This document shows, in pieces, positions 35,872 to 45,800 of a stretch of 64,000 bases of DNA (its first letter is position 1; every line of letters begins with the position of its first letter). The notes under the pieces are model-generated. The model searched no databases and had not been told where the DNA came from. It was given only the letters and a program-made list of their open reading frames with translations. The stretch covers positions 1 to 64,000 of IMG/VR virus record IMGVR_UViG_3300033069_001107; one strand, written 5' to 3'. The position numbers were made by a program, and so were the translations under genes. This stretch comes from an uncultured virus (IMG/VR IMGVR_UViG_3300033069_001107). Taxonomy: Duplodnaviria > Heunggongvirae > Uroviricota > Caudoviricetes.

Positions 35872-36441
35872 ATGGCAATCCAAGCACCGGGCAAGTATGA
35901 CATCGACGAGATCGAGGCGGGCGTACGCGGTACGCCTTCCGACACCCTGGTGGCCGACGTGGCACCTCCGGTGAAGGAGGAGAAGCCGATCACCTGGGAG
36001 GATCGACTCAAGGCCGTTGGGATCTCGGTCGATCAGGCCCATGAGATCCTGACACAGATGCTCACGAAGGGCTACTTCGAGAAGACCTTCCAGATCTACG
36101 GAGGGAAGCTCTCGGTGACGCTGCGCTCGCGACTCGCGTGGCACCGCACGCGACACAACGAGGCCCTCGACGCGCTGCGGTCGAATGACCCCAACGTGCA
36201 CGCCGAGCTGGCCTTCCGCTACGCGCTCGCTGGCTCGCTCGTGCGGATCGGCTCCACCACGTTCCCCGTCGTGGAACGTTCGGACGAGCCTGCCGTCGCG
36301 TCGAAGAAGCTCGATCAGGCGTTCGCGCAGATCGCACAGATTCAGGACTCGCTCCTGGGGCAGGCGCTCTACCCCCTGGTGTCTCGCTTCGATGCGGCGG
36401 TCTACGCGGCGCTCTCGCAAGACGCGCCCTCAAGTTTCTGA
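35872..36441 (+). CDS. probable tail assembly chaperone (gpG-like)
   Basis: Start ATG 35872; lies two ORFs upstream of the tape measure gene. Confidence 0.65.
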   Translation: MAIQAPGKYDIDEIEAGVRGTPSDTLVADVAPPVKEEKPITWEDRLKAVGISVDQAHEILTQMLTKGYFEKTFQIYGGKLSVTLRSRLAWHRTRHNEALDALRSNDPNVHAELAFRYALAGSLVRIGSTTFPVVERSDEPAVASKKLDQAFAQIAQIQDSLLGQALYPLVSRFDAAVYAALSQDAPSSF

Positions 36442-36857
36442 GCCGCCCGGCGGGTGCAATCCGGGGGAAGGCTCTGGCGTCCGGAGTGCCTCTCCCGCCC
36501 CCGGGCAGTTTCCAGGACGTGATCATGCAGGAGATGCTCTTCAGAGAGCGCAACCGGGAGTACATCAAGCAGGTAACCACCCTCTCTGCCTTCGAGATCC
36601 TCACACAAGAGGTGACGGCGTTGCTGTGGCCGCGCGACGTGGACGACACCGTACGCAAGGAGGCGTACAACCACATCAAGGCCCGCTTTGCACGTCTCAC
36701 CAAACTGGTGGAAGACGAGATCTTCGAGGAAGCCTACATGCCCGAGCGCATCCGAGAGGAGGAGCGCATGTCAAGAGAGAAGCGGATGGCCGAGATCCGC
36801 AGGCAGGCTGAGCAAGCCGAACTCGTGAAGCGCGTCGCAGGTTTCACGGACAGGTAG
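36435..36857 (+). CDS. probable gpT-like segment reached by -1 frameshift (or started at GTG 36486)
   Basis: The -1 frame is open across the upstream stop: F-L-S-R-P-A-G-A-I-R-G-K. Confidence 0.6.
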   Translation, partial: FLSRPAGAIRGKALASGVPLPPPGSFQDVIMQEMLFRERNREYIKQVTTLSAFEILTQEVTALLWPRDVDDTVRKEAYNHIKARFARLTKLVEDEIFEEAYMPERIREEERMSREKRMAEIRRQAEQAELVKRVAGFTDR

Positions 36858-36864
36858 TTTGACG

Positions 36865-36876
36865 TAGACTACCTAC
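36865..36876 (+). promoter_or_regulatory. leaderless-type promoter (class B)
   Basis: TAGACT-N6-GTG(36877). Confidence 0.55.
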
Positions 36877-39800
36877 GTGCCGGATTACAACTCGATGCAG
36901 GCGCAAGCGGGGCTCATGCCCAGCTCCGGCGCTCCTCCCGCCCCTCAGATGATCTTCCCTGGGCAGTTCGCGGCCATGATCGCGATGCAAGGGAACCAGA
37001 TGCTGAACGGGGGCGGGATGTTCCCCACGAACACCTACACGCCTGGGTTCGGCACGTCTCCGCTCTTCCAAGGGCCCACGGGGTTCATCACGCCGATGGG
37101 CGCCGGGGCGCCGTTCAACCCCTACGCGCCCGCGAGCCCCTATTCGAACATGCTCTCGTACGGGAGCCCGATGGGGCGCCCGTCCCCCTTCGCGGCCTTC
37201 GCGCCTACGCCACCCCCTGCGTACGCGGGTCTCCAGGGTCTCGGGGCCGCGCCCTACGCGCCTCCCCCCATCCAGCCTGCCTTCGATACGCCGTACGGGT
37301 CCCGCGTCGCCCAGATGCAGGCCAACCACATGCGCGGGTGGGCGTTGGGCCAAGCCAACATGGGCTCGGCCATCCACGCTGGCACCACGCTGGGGATGGC
37401 CGCGATCGGCGGCATGATGGGAGGGCCTATCGGCGCTGCCGGGGGCGCGCTCCTCTCAGAGTCGATGGGCATCGGGCGCGGCGCGCAGAACATGTACGGC
37501 AGCTACGTCAGCGCGCCGCGTCTGGCGATCCAGGGCGCCGCGCAAGGTCTCGAACACCTCTCGCAATCGTTCGTCCACTCTGGCACGAACCTGCATCCGA
37601 GCGGGGCTGGGTTCTCCCACCATGCGTCGCTTGAGGCGGCGCAGGGCTTGGGGAACATGGCGAATGACTCCAGCTTTCGGCGGGAGACGTTCAACCGATT
37701 CAACCAGCAGGACGTGTTCAAGATCACGCAGTCCTCGGCGGAGAACGGACTTCTCTCGGGTACGACCTCACCGCAGAACCTCACGTCGCGTGTGCGCGAG
37801 ATCGCCAAGAGCGTGTCTGCATTCATGGAGCTGGCACGCGAGCCTGACATCCAGCGAGCAATCCAGACGATGGGTTCTCTTCGGAACTCGGGCCTGAACC
37901 TGCAAGAGACCATGTCGGCGGTGTCAGCAGGGCGCACCTTCGCACGCATGGCAGGCACCTCGTTTCAGGGTCTGTCGGAGATCGGTGGCGCGCTCGGTTC
38001 GCAGATGTATCAGAGCATGGGCCTCAGCCAGGGCCTCGGTGTTCAGGTCGGCATGGGGGCCTACGGACAGGCTTCGTCTTCCATCAACCAGGGCGCCCTC
38101 TCGCCTCAACTCGCTTCGCTGGTTGGCGGACGTGAGGGACTCTCGATGCTGAACTCGACGTTCTCCGCGTCGCAGTTGCAGCTGCCCATGACCGCGATGG
38201 GGCTCATGGGCGCCAGTGGCGGTCTCAGCGGCGGTGCAGTCCAGTCCTATCTGCGCGGCGGAACCGACGTGTTTGGCCTCACCAGCCGAGGCCCCGGGAC
38301 GCTCAGTGGCATCGCGGGGCGTCTCGGTGTGGGCGGCATGGGCATGGCCGTGGGCATGCAGCCGATGATCCAAGATACCGTGGGGCGTCTCATCGAACAG
38401 CAGGGCCCGTTCGCACGCCGCAACCTCGAAGACCGCTCGATCATGAACATTTCCCGACAGATGGGGATGGGCGGCGCGGAAGGCTTCATGACTGCGGCGC
38501 AGATGAGTGGCATGCAGGGAACCGCCGCGCTCGCGCGCCTCAATGAACTCCAGTCGGGATCCTACTGGGAGACGCAGCAAGATCAGTTGCGCACTGAGCA
38601 GCGTGAGTCGCGCGCCAACGCTGACCGCAACCGCCGTATGCGTGCGCCGCGCACGATCGACACCATGCTTCGCAACACCGCGCTGGGAGGCATTGGCGGC
38701 GCTGTCGGCCACGCGTTCCACCACGCAGAGGTCGGGCTGAGCCGCGCCTTCGGCGGTGAAGAGACCATGGATGGTGACGGGGCACCGACCACCGACGCCG
38801 GTCGCCGTCGCCTGGATGAAGTGGTGCGTAGCTCTGAGTTTCGCCAGTATCTCGATGGGCGATCTGGCGGAGCACGTGGGCTACCGGGCGGCGTGGCCGG
38901 TGTCGGCTACGGCACCAACCTCGCCTGGGCCGGTGGTTCTCGTGGCGCGCTCGCCGCGATTGACGGGCTCTTCATGGGCAGCGACGCCTTCCGCAACCGA
39001 GCCGCCCGCGACTACGCAGCAGGCGGCGACTACGCGAGCGGCATGCTCAGTACCACGTCCGCAGAGCAGCGCCGTGCGATGGGTCGCGTCAACGAGACCT
39101 TCGGTGGGATGGAGGGGCTCTCGCAGTTCTCGCAGCGCGCGTCCGAACTCGCACAGAACGCCAACGGCGCGGGACGTGTGGCGCTCGGGAACCTCACCGG
39201 GATGGTGGGGTCTCGCGCCATCGCGGGCTCTTCGTTGGAGCGCGTCTTTCGCGATACGCTCCGAGCGCAGGGCGTCGGCGACACCGAGATCAGCCGTCGC
39301 TGGCAGTCGGAGCAGTCGAGCATTCGAGCGCAGCACTCAGTCATGCGCCGGATGTACGGTGAGACGGACGCAGAGCGGGAAGCCTGGGAGACCACAGGCG
39401 AAGGCGCCTCGCGCTTCGGGCAGGCTGGGGCTCCCATGCGCCGGATGCGCGACGACGCCGAGTCCGGGTACCGCCGACTCATGGGTGACGTTGGTCGAGA
39501 AGGCCAAGCCGCATTCCGCACGATCTCAGATGAATCGGAAGGGCTGGGGGCCGAGGGGTCGACTCGTAACCGGCTGACGCGACAGTTGACCACGGGGATG
39601 GCGCTCGCCCAGATCGGGAACATGCAACGGGACGGGTCCCTGGGACGCGCGGGTAGACATTCGATCGATCGAATGGTGCGACAGGCCCTCGATCAGGGCA
39701 TGTCTCGGGAAGATCTCGCAGTCATCACCGAACGCGCCTCTGGGATCAGTCGGCGTCACCTCAACACGGACGGAGCGCAAGAAGCTGCGCGCGGGTTCAT

Positions 39801-40452
39801 CGGGCGCGGCTCAGGGCTCACGGACATTGGTGAGACCGAGCAGGCCCGCCTTCGTGATGTTGGCGGGCGGCGCGTCCTGGCGGGCTTCGCGGGGCTCAGG
39901 GGCGCAGGCGGCGAGATCGGAGACGCCTTCAGCGGCTTGACCGAGTCGAACTTCAGCGAGGCCCGCCTGCGAGAGATCGCCAACGGTCTCTCCCCCGATG
40001 CCATCAGGCGCATGCGGCAGCAGCGCGGAGGCGAGGGCTACGCGCGGGCGCTCGAACAGATCCGTAGTGGCGACCAGCGCGGCTTCGCGAACATCTACTC
40101 GCGCGCCGAGCGCGATGGGCGCGACACCGAGCGCCTGGAGTCCGAGTACAACTCCACCGACGGCCTCGGCAAGGGGGCTGGCGCATGGTTCCGCCGCATG
40201 GTCGGCAGCGAGGACAACGCCCGCGCGCGCTGGGTGGCAGAGCAGCTGCGCACGTCGAGCCCTGAGGAGCGGGAGGCACGGATGCGACGCGGTGAGAGCC
40301 GCGACACTGAGGGCGTGGTTCGTGGCGCAGGCATCGGGCAGGCGGGGGACGCCCTGTTGGAAGCGTCGCGGGAGCTCAACGACGTTGCGCGTAACCTAAG
40401 GGAAGTGGCGAGCGGCAACAACATCTCCTCGCTCGTTGGGAGGCCCATGTGA
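36877..40452 (+). CDS. tape measure protein-like
   Basis: 1191 aa, Gly/Ala/Met-rich helical protein with glycine-zipper segments; position in the tail module. Confidence 0.75.
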   Translation: MPDYNSMQAQAGLMPSSGAPPAPQMIFPGQFAAMIAMQGNQMLNGGGMFPTNTYTPGFGTSPLFQGPTGFITPMGAGAPFNPYAPASPYSNMLSYGSPMGRPSPFAAFAPTPPPAYAGLQGLGAAPYAPPPIQPAFDTPYGSRVAQMQANHMRGWALGQANMGSAIHAGTTLGMAAIGGMMGGPIGAAGGALLSESMGIGRGAQNMYGSYVSAPRLAIQGAAQGLEHLSQSFVHSGTNLHPSGAGFSHHASLEAAQGLGNMANDSSFRRETFNRFNQQDVFKITQSSAENGLLSGTTSPQNLTSRVREIAKSVSAFMELAREPDIQRAIQTMGSLRNSGLNLQETMSAVSAGRTFARMAGTSFQGLSEIGGALGSQMYQSMGLSQGLGVQVGMGAYGQASSSINQGALSPQLASLVGGREGLSMLNSTFSASQLQLPMTAMGLMGASGGLSGGAVQSYLRGGTDVFGLTSRGPGTLSGIAGRLGVGGMGMAVGMQPMIQDTVGRLIEQQGPFARRNLEDRSIMNISRQMGMGGAEGFMTAAQMSGMQGTAALARLNELQSGSYWETQQDQLRTEQRESRANADRNRRMRAPRTIDTMLRNTALGGIGGAVGHAFHHAEVGLSRAFGGEETMDGDGAPTTDAGRRRLDEVVRSSEFRQYLDGRSGGARGLPGGVAGVGYGTNLAWAGGSRGALAAIDGLFMGSDAFRNRAARDYAAGGDYASGMLSTTSAEQRRAMGRVNETFGGMEGLSQFSQRASELAQNANGAGRVALGNLTGMVGSRAIAGSSLERVFRDTLRAQGVGDTEISRRWQSEQSSIRAQHSVMRRMYGETDAEREAWETTGEGASRFGQAGAPMRRMRDDAESGYRRLMGDVGREGQAAFRTISDESEGLGAEGSTRNRLTRQLTTGMALAQIGNMQRDGSLGRAGRHSIDRMVRQALDQGMSREDLAVITERASGISRRHLNTDGAQEAARGFIGRGSGLTDIGETEQARLRDVGGRRVLAGFAGLRGAGGEIGDAFSGLTESNFSEARLREIANGLSPDAIRRMRQQRGGEGYARALEQIRSGDQRGFANIYSRAERDGRDTERLESEYNSTDGLGKGAGAWFRRMVGSEDNARARWVAEQLRTSSPEEREARMRRGESRDTEGVVRGAGIGQAGDALLEASRELNDVARNLREVASGNNISSLVGRPM

Positions 40453-40640
40453 GTCTCGAAACTCCCGTACGCCGTATTCCGGCCTCCACGACGATCCTGC
40501 TCACCTCTCGGCACGAGGCGCTCGTCTCCGCGTATCTCGCCGACCGCACCCCCGCGAGCGATCTCCCTTCGGTGTACCGACTGGCGCGCGAGGTCGTGCG
40601 GCGCCAGGGGCACCTTGAGCTCTACCAGAGCACGAGCTGA
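40449..40640 (+). CDS. small hypothetical protein
   Basis: GTG overlaps the upstream stop; fills the gap before 40643. Confidence 0.55.
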   Translation: MSLETPVRRIPASTTILLTSRHEALVSAYLADRTPASDLPSVYRLAREVVRRQGHLELYQSTS

Positions 40641-40642
40641 GC

Positions 40643-41845
40643 ATGTCACGACTTCTTCCGGGTGGCGATGGCCCTGGCGGCTCCAGCGCCAAGGGGGTGT
40701 TCGCGCGTGACTTCCAGGGGATGACCCCCAAGTACGCCAAGAACAACGGCGACGGGCGCCCCGACAACTTCCGCGACACCCTGTGTCGGTTCTTCATTCG
40801 GGTTGACCCCAACGAGATCGATCTGTTCAAGAGCTCGGTGTCGGACCCGGTGATCGCGCGCGACGCGGTGCTCAATCGATTGATCGGGGACCCTCGCGGC
40901 TCCAAGGGCTACGTCGACTTCGTCCTCCAGGGTGCAGGACTCCCCTTCCAGGAACTGATCCAGGTTGGTCAGGCGCTCTCTGGCAACTACGTCGCCTACG
41001 CCTTCGATCAGGCCCCGGTGTCCGTGCCGCTTCAGGGGTTCTTCATCAACAGCGTCCAGGACGATCAGGCGACGTACTTCGTGCGCCTCTACCTGAACCT
41101 GCTGCGCGCAACGGCCCTGGCGCGGCGCCAGAAGGTCGTCAGCCTCAAGGTGGATTCGTTCATCCTGACGGGCGCGCTGACTTCGCTGAACATCAACCTC
41201 GAATCCAAGTTCGAGGTGATGGTTCCATTCCAGATGACGCTGCTCCTCAAGCGGCTGACCATCGTGGAATACACCTCATCCTGGATCCCGACCTCCGTCG
41301 GTACACCATTCGCGACGGATCTCAACGCAGTCCCGATGGACTCCCGAGTGGTGGTGGAGCGCCCTATCCACACGTCCACTGTGCGCACGCCGAACGACCT
41401 GGACGAGCAGATCGAGCGCGGGGAGACAGACGCACGCGTCGCCGAGACGCCTGCGGCGCCCTCGGATCTGGTTGTGTCGCCGGAGGAGGCGGCAGGGGTG
41501 ACGGATGCGCAGAGTGCGTTGAGGATGGCTCAGTCGCAGCTTGCGGTCACTGAGGGGCGGGTGAATGACCTGGATCGACGCGCCAACACGCTCCTGTCGG
41601 ATGCGGGACGTGGGGGTGATCTCACCGCGTATCTCGCGACGACAGCAGAACGGGATGTCGCACGCGCGGATCTCGCGCGGGCCCGTACTGCGGTCGCCGC
41701 TGCCCAGACTGAGTTGACCGCCGCCAACGGGCGCATGGCCCGTCCCGCGCCTCAGACCAACGTTGCCCCGACCCCCACCCCGACCCAGCTGCCGCCCGCT
41801 GTCCGTAGCGCACCCAACCCTGAGACGACAGGGCACGGAACATGA
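40643..41845 (+). CDS. probable tail tube initiator/baseplate protein
   Basis: Follows the tape measure; beta-rich N-half, coiled-coil C-half. Confidence 0.6.
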   Translation: MSRLLPGGDGPGGSSAKGVFARDFQGMTPKYAKNNGDGRPDNFRDTLCRFFIRVDPNEIDLFKSSVSDPVIARDAVLNRLIGDPRGSKGYVDFVLQGAGLPFQELIQVGQALSGNYVAYAFDQAPVSVPLQGFFINSVQDDQATYFVRLYLNLLRATALARRQKVVSLKVDSFILTGALTSLNINLESKFEVMVPFQMTLLLKRLTIVEYTSSWIPTSVGTPFATDLNAVPMDSRVVVERPIHTSTVRTPNDLDEQIERGETDARVAETPAAPSDLVVSPEEAAGVTDAQSALRMAQSQLAVTEGRVNDLDRRANTLLSDAGRGGDLTAYLATTAERDVARADLARARTAVAAAQTELTAANGRMARPAPQTNVAPTPTPTQLPPAVRSAPNPETTGHGT

Positions 41846-42888
41846 GGTCAACGCTTCAGTCCACCTCCCCCGAATATCGGGCGGTTGTCGCCGCCAACAC
41901 GCCGATCGTCGCTGTGTTCTCGATCGAGCTCAACGCGAGTGGGCGTTCGCTGGCGATGAAGGTCGGCGGCGTGACGGTCCTCGCGTGGGATGGAACGACT
42001 ACGACGATCTCGTCCGGGTACGGGGGCTCCGTGACTCTCAGCGGCGACACACTCACCGCCACGCTGACGAAGACGGGAGGTTGGACACACGCGGCGGGCG
42101 TCGTGTGGTCGGTGAGCTACACCGACAGCGTGACGAACAGCATTCAGCGCGACGGCGCGCACGTCTATCTCACGGAGACGCTGGAGAACGCCGAGCCCAC
42201 AGCCGGATCCCGGGACGTGGCACGCAGGCCCTGGGTTCTCACCGAAGCCAGCGTTGACGGCGGGACCGTCGTCGGTATGGACCTCCAGGTGAACGGGGAG
42301 AACGCCATCGAAGAGGGTGTCATCAACAGCCCCAACTACGAGGGCTTCACTGGCGTGATCGACGCCAAGGGCTACGCCATCGTACGCCCGCGTCGCTTCT
42401 ACCAGTACAACCAGAGTGTGGTCATTCGCGCACGGCTCCGCGTCAGCGTCAGCTCGATCGTCTATCGCGGATCCCTCTCGCGAACCCTGGTTGTCGGTGA
42501 GCGCCCGCTGCGGATCGGCGCGCTGCCCGACATCACCCCGACCAGTCATCCACTCCTGGAGGCCGCGCGTAGGCTCGTCGAGGGCGCGCTCCGTCCCTCC
42601 TCTGACGGCCCCAACCTCGCCTCCCTGATGCCGTATTACGTACGGCGTACGGAGATCGGCGGGCTCATCCGTTGGTACGGCGAGAACACCCCGGATCCGG
42701 CCTCCGCCGACCTCCCAAGCTACGCGACGCTGATCGAACTCGTGGCAGATGTGCGCCCCCTGGCGGTCCCGCTGTTCAACGAGTGCGCGCACCCGGCCGA
42801 ACTGGATTCCCTGCTCGCGGCGTGGCGTTCTGACTCTGTGGTGGAGCAAGTTGGCGCGCTCTGTGTTCTACTCGTGTCTCACCGCTGA
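41842..42888 (+). CDS. probable virion structural protein
   Basis: Beta-rich, Thr/Val/Ser-rich N-terminus; in the tail operon. Confidence 0.6.
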   Translation: MRSTLQSTSPEYRAVVAANTPIVAVFSIELNASGRSLAMKVGGVTVLAWDGTTTTISSGYGGSVTLSGDTLTATLTKTGGWTHAAGVVWSVSYTDSVTNSIQRDGAHVYLTETLENAEPTAGSRDVARRPWVLTEASVDGGTVVGMDLQVNGENAIEEGVINSPNYEGFTGVIDAKGYAIVRPRRFYQYNQSVVIRARLRVSVSSIVYRGSLSRTLVVGERPLRIGALPDITPTSHPLLEAARRLVEGALRPSSDGPNLASLMPYYVRRTEIGGLIRWYGENTPDPASADLPSYATLIELVADVRPLAVPLFNECAHPAELDSLLAAWRSDSVVEQVGALCVLLVSHR

Positions 42889-42896
42889 GGAGCACC

Positions 42897-45800
42897 ATGG
42901 CTTTCGACCCCAACGCCGCCCGCTCTGGGTCGGTCCTCTCGACTAATCCGCTCTACCTCGCCGCCTGGGTTTGCTACATCAACGGCCTCTACACCCCGAT
43001 CATCGGCTTCGATGTCGATTACGGCGTATGGGCGTTCCCGACCTTCCGTATCCACCTCCTCCCGGACCCGTCCATCGAGCGCCTGGGGGCCGAGGACCGC
43101 GTTCAGGTAGCGATCTTCTACCTGGATCACTGGTACGATCCGAGCAAGCCGGAGCCCCGACTCCTGGTTGATGGCGAGATCACCTCGTGGGGCTTCACGA
43201 ACGTGGGCGGCGGTCGCGCGATCACGTTCAACTGCGTCGCGCACGCGCGCATCTTTGAGCAGCTCTACTTCTATTACATGACCAATGTCGACGACATCGT
43301 CGCCTCGCGGTCACCAGATGTTGCGGCCACTTCCGTCGCGACGACCCCGGGCCCCTTCTACCCCTACGGACTCTTCCACCAGGGGCTTACACCCACCGCA
43401 GAACAAGCGGCATCTGAGACCGCTGGCTACTCCGGCGCTGCGCCTGCGTCGAGTGCGGAGGTGTCTCCGTCCACGCCGATCCAGGCGCCCTACGAGTTCG
43501 TCACGAACGTGATTCGTGGCTGCATCTCTTCTGAGGTGCCCGACTCTCGACGCTCGGCGCCGATGATGAACTTCTTCGCGCGATGGATTCGAACCACCAG
43601 CTTCCACAACCGATGGGTGCGCCTGCCCATGCTGGAAGACCCAGCCAACCTGAGCCAGCGGATCGGGGTGTTCCCGATCTTCAACGCGGCCAGGAACTCC
43701 GAAGCGCTGACGGCCATGCAGCGCCACGTGAGCTCTCAGGTCGGGAACTCGGGCAACATCTGGAATCTCTTTCAGCAAGTGCTCGGGCTTGTGAACATGG
43801 AGATCGGGATGATCCCGAACCCGTGCTCCGTGATGGTGCAGCTGAATGACACCAGCGGCGGTGCCACCTCCAACCCCACCGATGGTCGAATCATCGAGGC
43901 GCCGCGCTACGCCACGCCCCTACGCGACCAGAGGTCGATCTCGGAGCGCGCTCCTCTGCCCGAGTTCAACCCCGCACCTGTGGGTCCGACTCCGCTCCCC
44001 TCGATCGAGGCGGATCTCTATCGCGCCTCTCAGCCTGGAGACAGCGTTCGCATGCCTGCGAACTCTCAGGGCGGCGTTGAGCAGGGCATAAACCCCACCA
44101 CGCCCATCCGACTGGCGCAATACTTCGTCAAGCCGCAGAACTTCTTCGGGGAGCCGCCTGCCTGCAACATCATCTTCCCCAGCATGATCAGTGAAGGCTG
44201 GGGGTTCAACGAGGACTTCGCAGGCCAGCCGACGCGCAGCCTCGTGAACGATTCCGTGATGACCAACCTCCTGCGCGCGACCGGCCCCAACCGCGAGTTC
44301 ATGCTGCACGCGCTGTCGGTGGGGTACCCCGAAGAGGTCAACGCGATCCTGCATCACCGAGTCGGATCGGACAACCAGACGGCCAGTGGCCCCTCGGAGT
44401 CTGGGAAGAATCTCCTCATCTGGCCGGAGGAGTTCTTCAAGGGGCCCGTGGTCACGAAGGTGGATCTGCCTGCGTGGTTTCAGATGCTGCGGCAGTTCTC
44501 GAATGCGCAGGCGGACCCGGTTACAGGCGAGCCCGCGCCCACCACCAACAACCCCCGGGAACCTCAGGCCACTCCGGTTAGTACCACTCCCGTAGCATCT
44601 GTCCTTCAGGGGCTTACCGCTGAAGCTACTGCAAGCGCATCTCCACCCATCGCGCAAGACCGACGCGGAGGGCGTGCGCGCGGTGGAGAGGTACGTGCTG
44701 AGGAGAGCCCCTCGTACCCCTACCGATGGCTACTGCCTGATGAAATCGAGGCCACTGGGCGGGAACAACGTACGACGTATACCCGGGTACGTAAGTCCGC
44801 CAGCGGTGACGGGTTGACCCAGCAGAGCACCGACTTCGTGGAGCCGCATCGTGGTACGAAGGCGTTTCGCGACTACCTCTACACGAGGTTCCCGGATGTC
44901 TTCTCACGGCGGGAGCAGCGCCCCAACAGGACGATTGGGTTGGTGAGTCCGCGTGATCGACGACCCGTGCTCGCGGTGGGCGCCAACGTCGATGACCACA
45001 ATGCCGGAATGGCGCTTGACCTGACCGTTCCGCCGATTCAAGGACGCCCCAACCTGGAAGTCGGTACCCGCGTTGCGAACTGGCTGGTCCAGAACGCGCA
45101 GGCGCTGGGTATTGCGTATATTGTGTATGCTCGAACAATCTGGGGCGCTGGGAGGCCCTCTCGTCACTACACCTCTCCAGGTGCGTCCATGGATCACTTC
45201 GATCACATCCACGTGACCCTGGAGAGAGAGGTGGCGCTTGGGCGTGGCGGTATTCTCTCTCGGAACAACCCGCTACCGTACCCCTCTACTGCTGTGACGA
45301 ACGTGGTTCGTAGAGCCCCTACGGTGGCGGTACATCCGGGGGCTCCCGGTACGTCCACGCAGACAACCACGCAGAACGTGACGAGTCGCCCTGATACCAC
45401 GACCACGACGGGAGAAGCCCAGAGCGGCGACTCCTTCGCCGACCTCTTCGGCATCTACGCGCAGTTCGAGTACATCAGGTCCCGCTACTCCAAGCGCAAC
45501 GCCAGCGCACAGCTCTTCTTCAACCCCTACATCATCCCAGGCTTCCCGGGGATGATCTTCGATTCGATGGCGACGGGAATCCACTGCGTGGGCTACGTCC
45601 AGCGCGTGACGCACTCTGCCTCCATCTCCACGGGCGGAGCGCGCTGGGGCACGTCTGTGCAGTTCGGCTACGCACGCACGTTCTACGAGATGCTCACCGA
45701 CATCAAGGCGGACGCGTACCGCTTTGCGGCCCGCGTGACCAGCGCACCTGCGGACATCATTCCGGAGTTGCGCGAGGTCTTTCAGGATGAGACAGCGGCC

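Noticed and set aside
35846..35875. Sixth class A promoter upstream of the DinG helicase (TTTCGTGGTAGAAG)
   Set aside because: Only the downstream box matches, with a one-base shift, and the CCGAA box is absent
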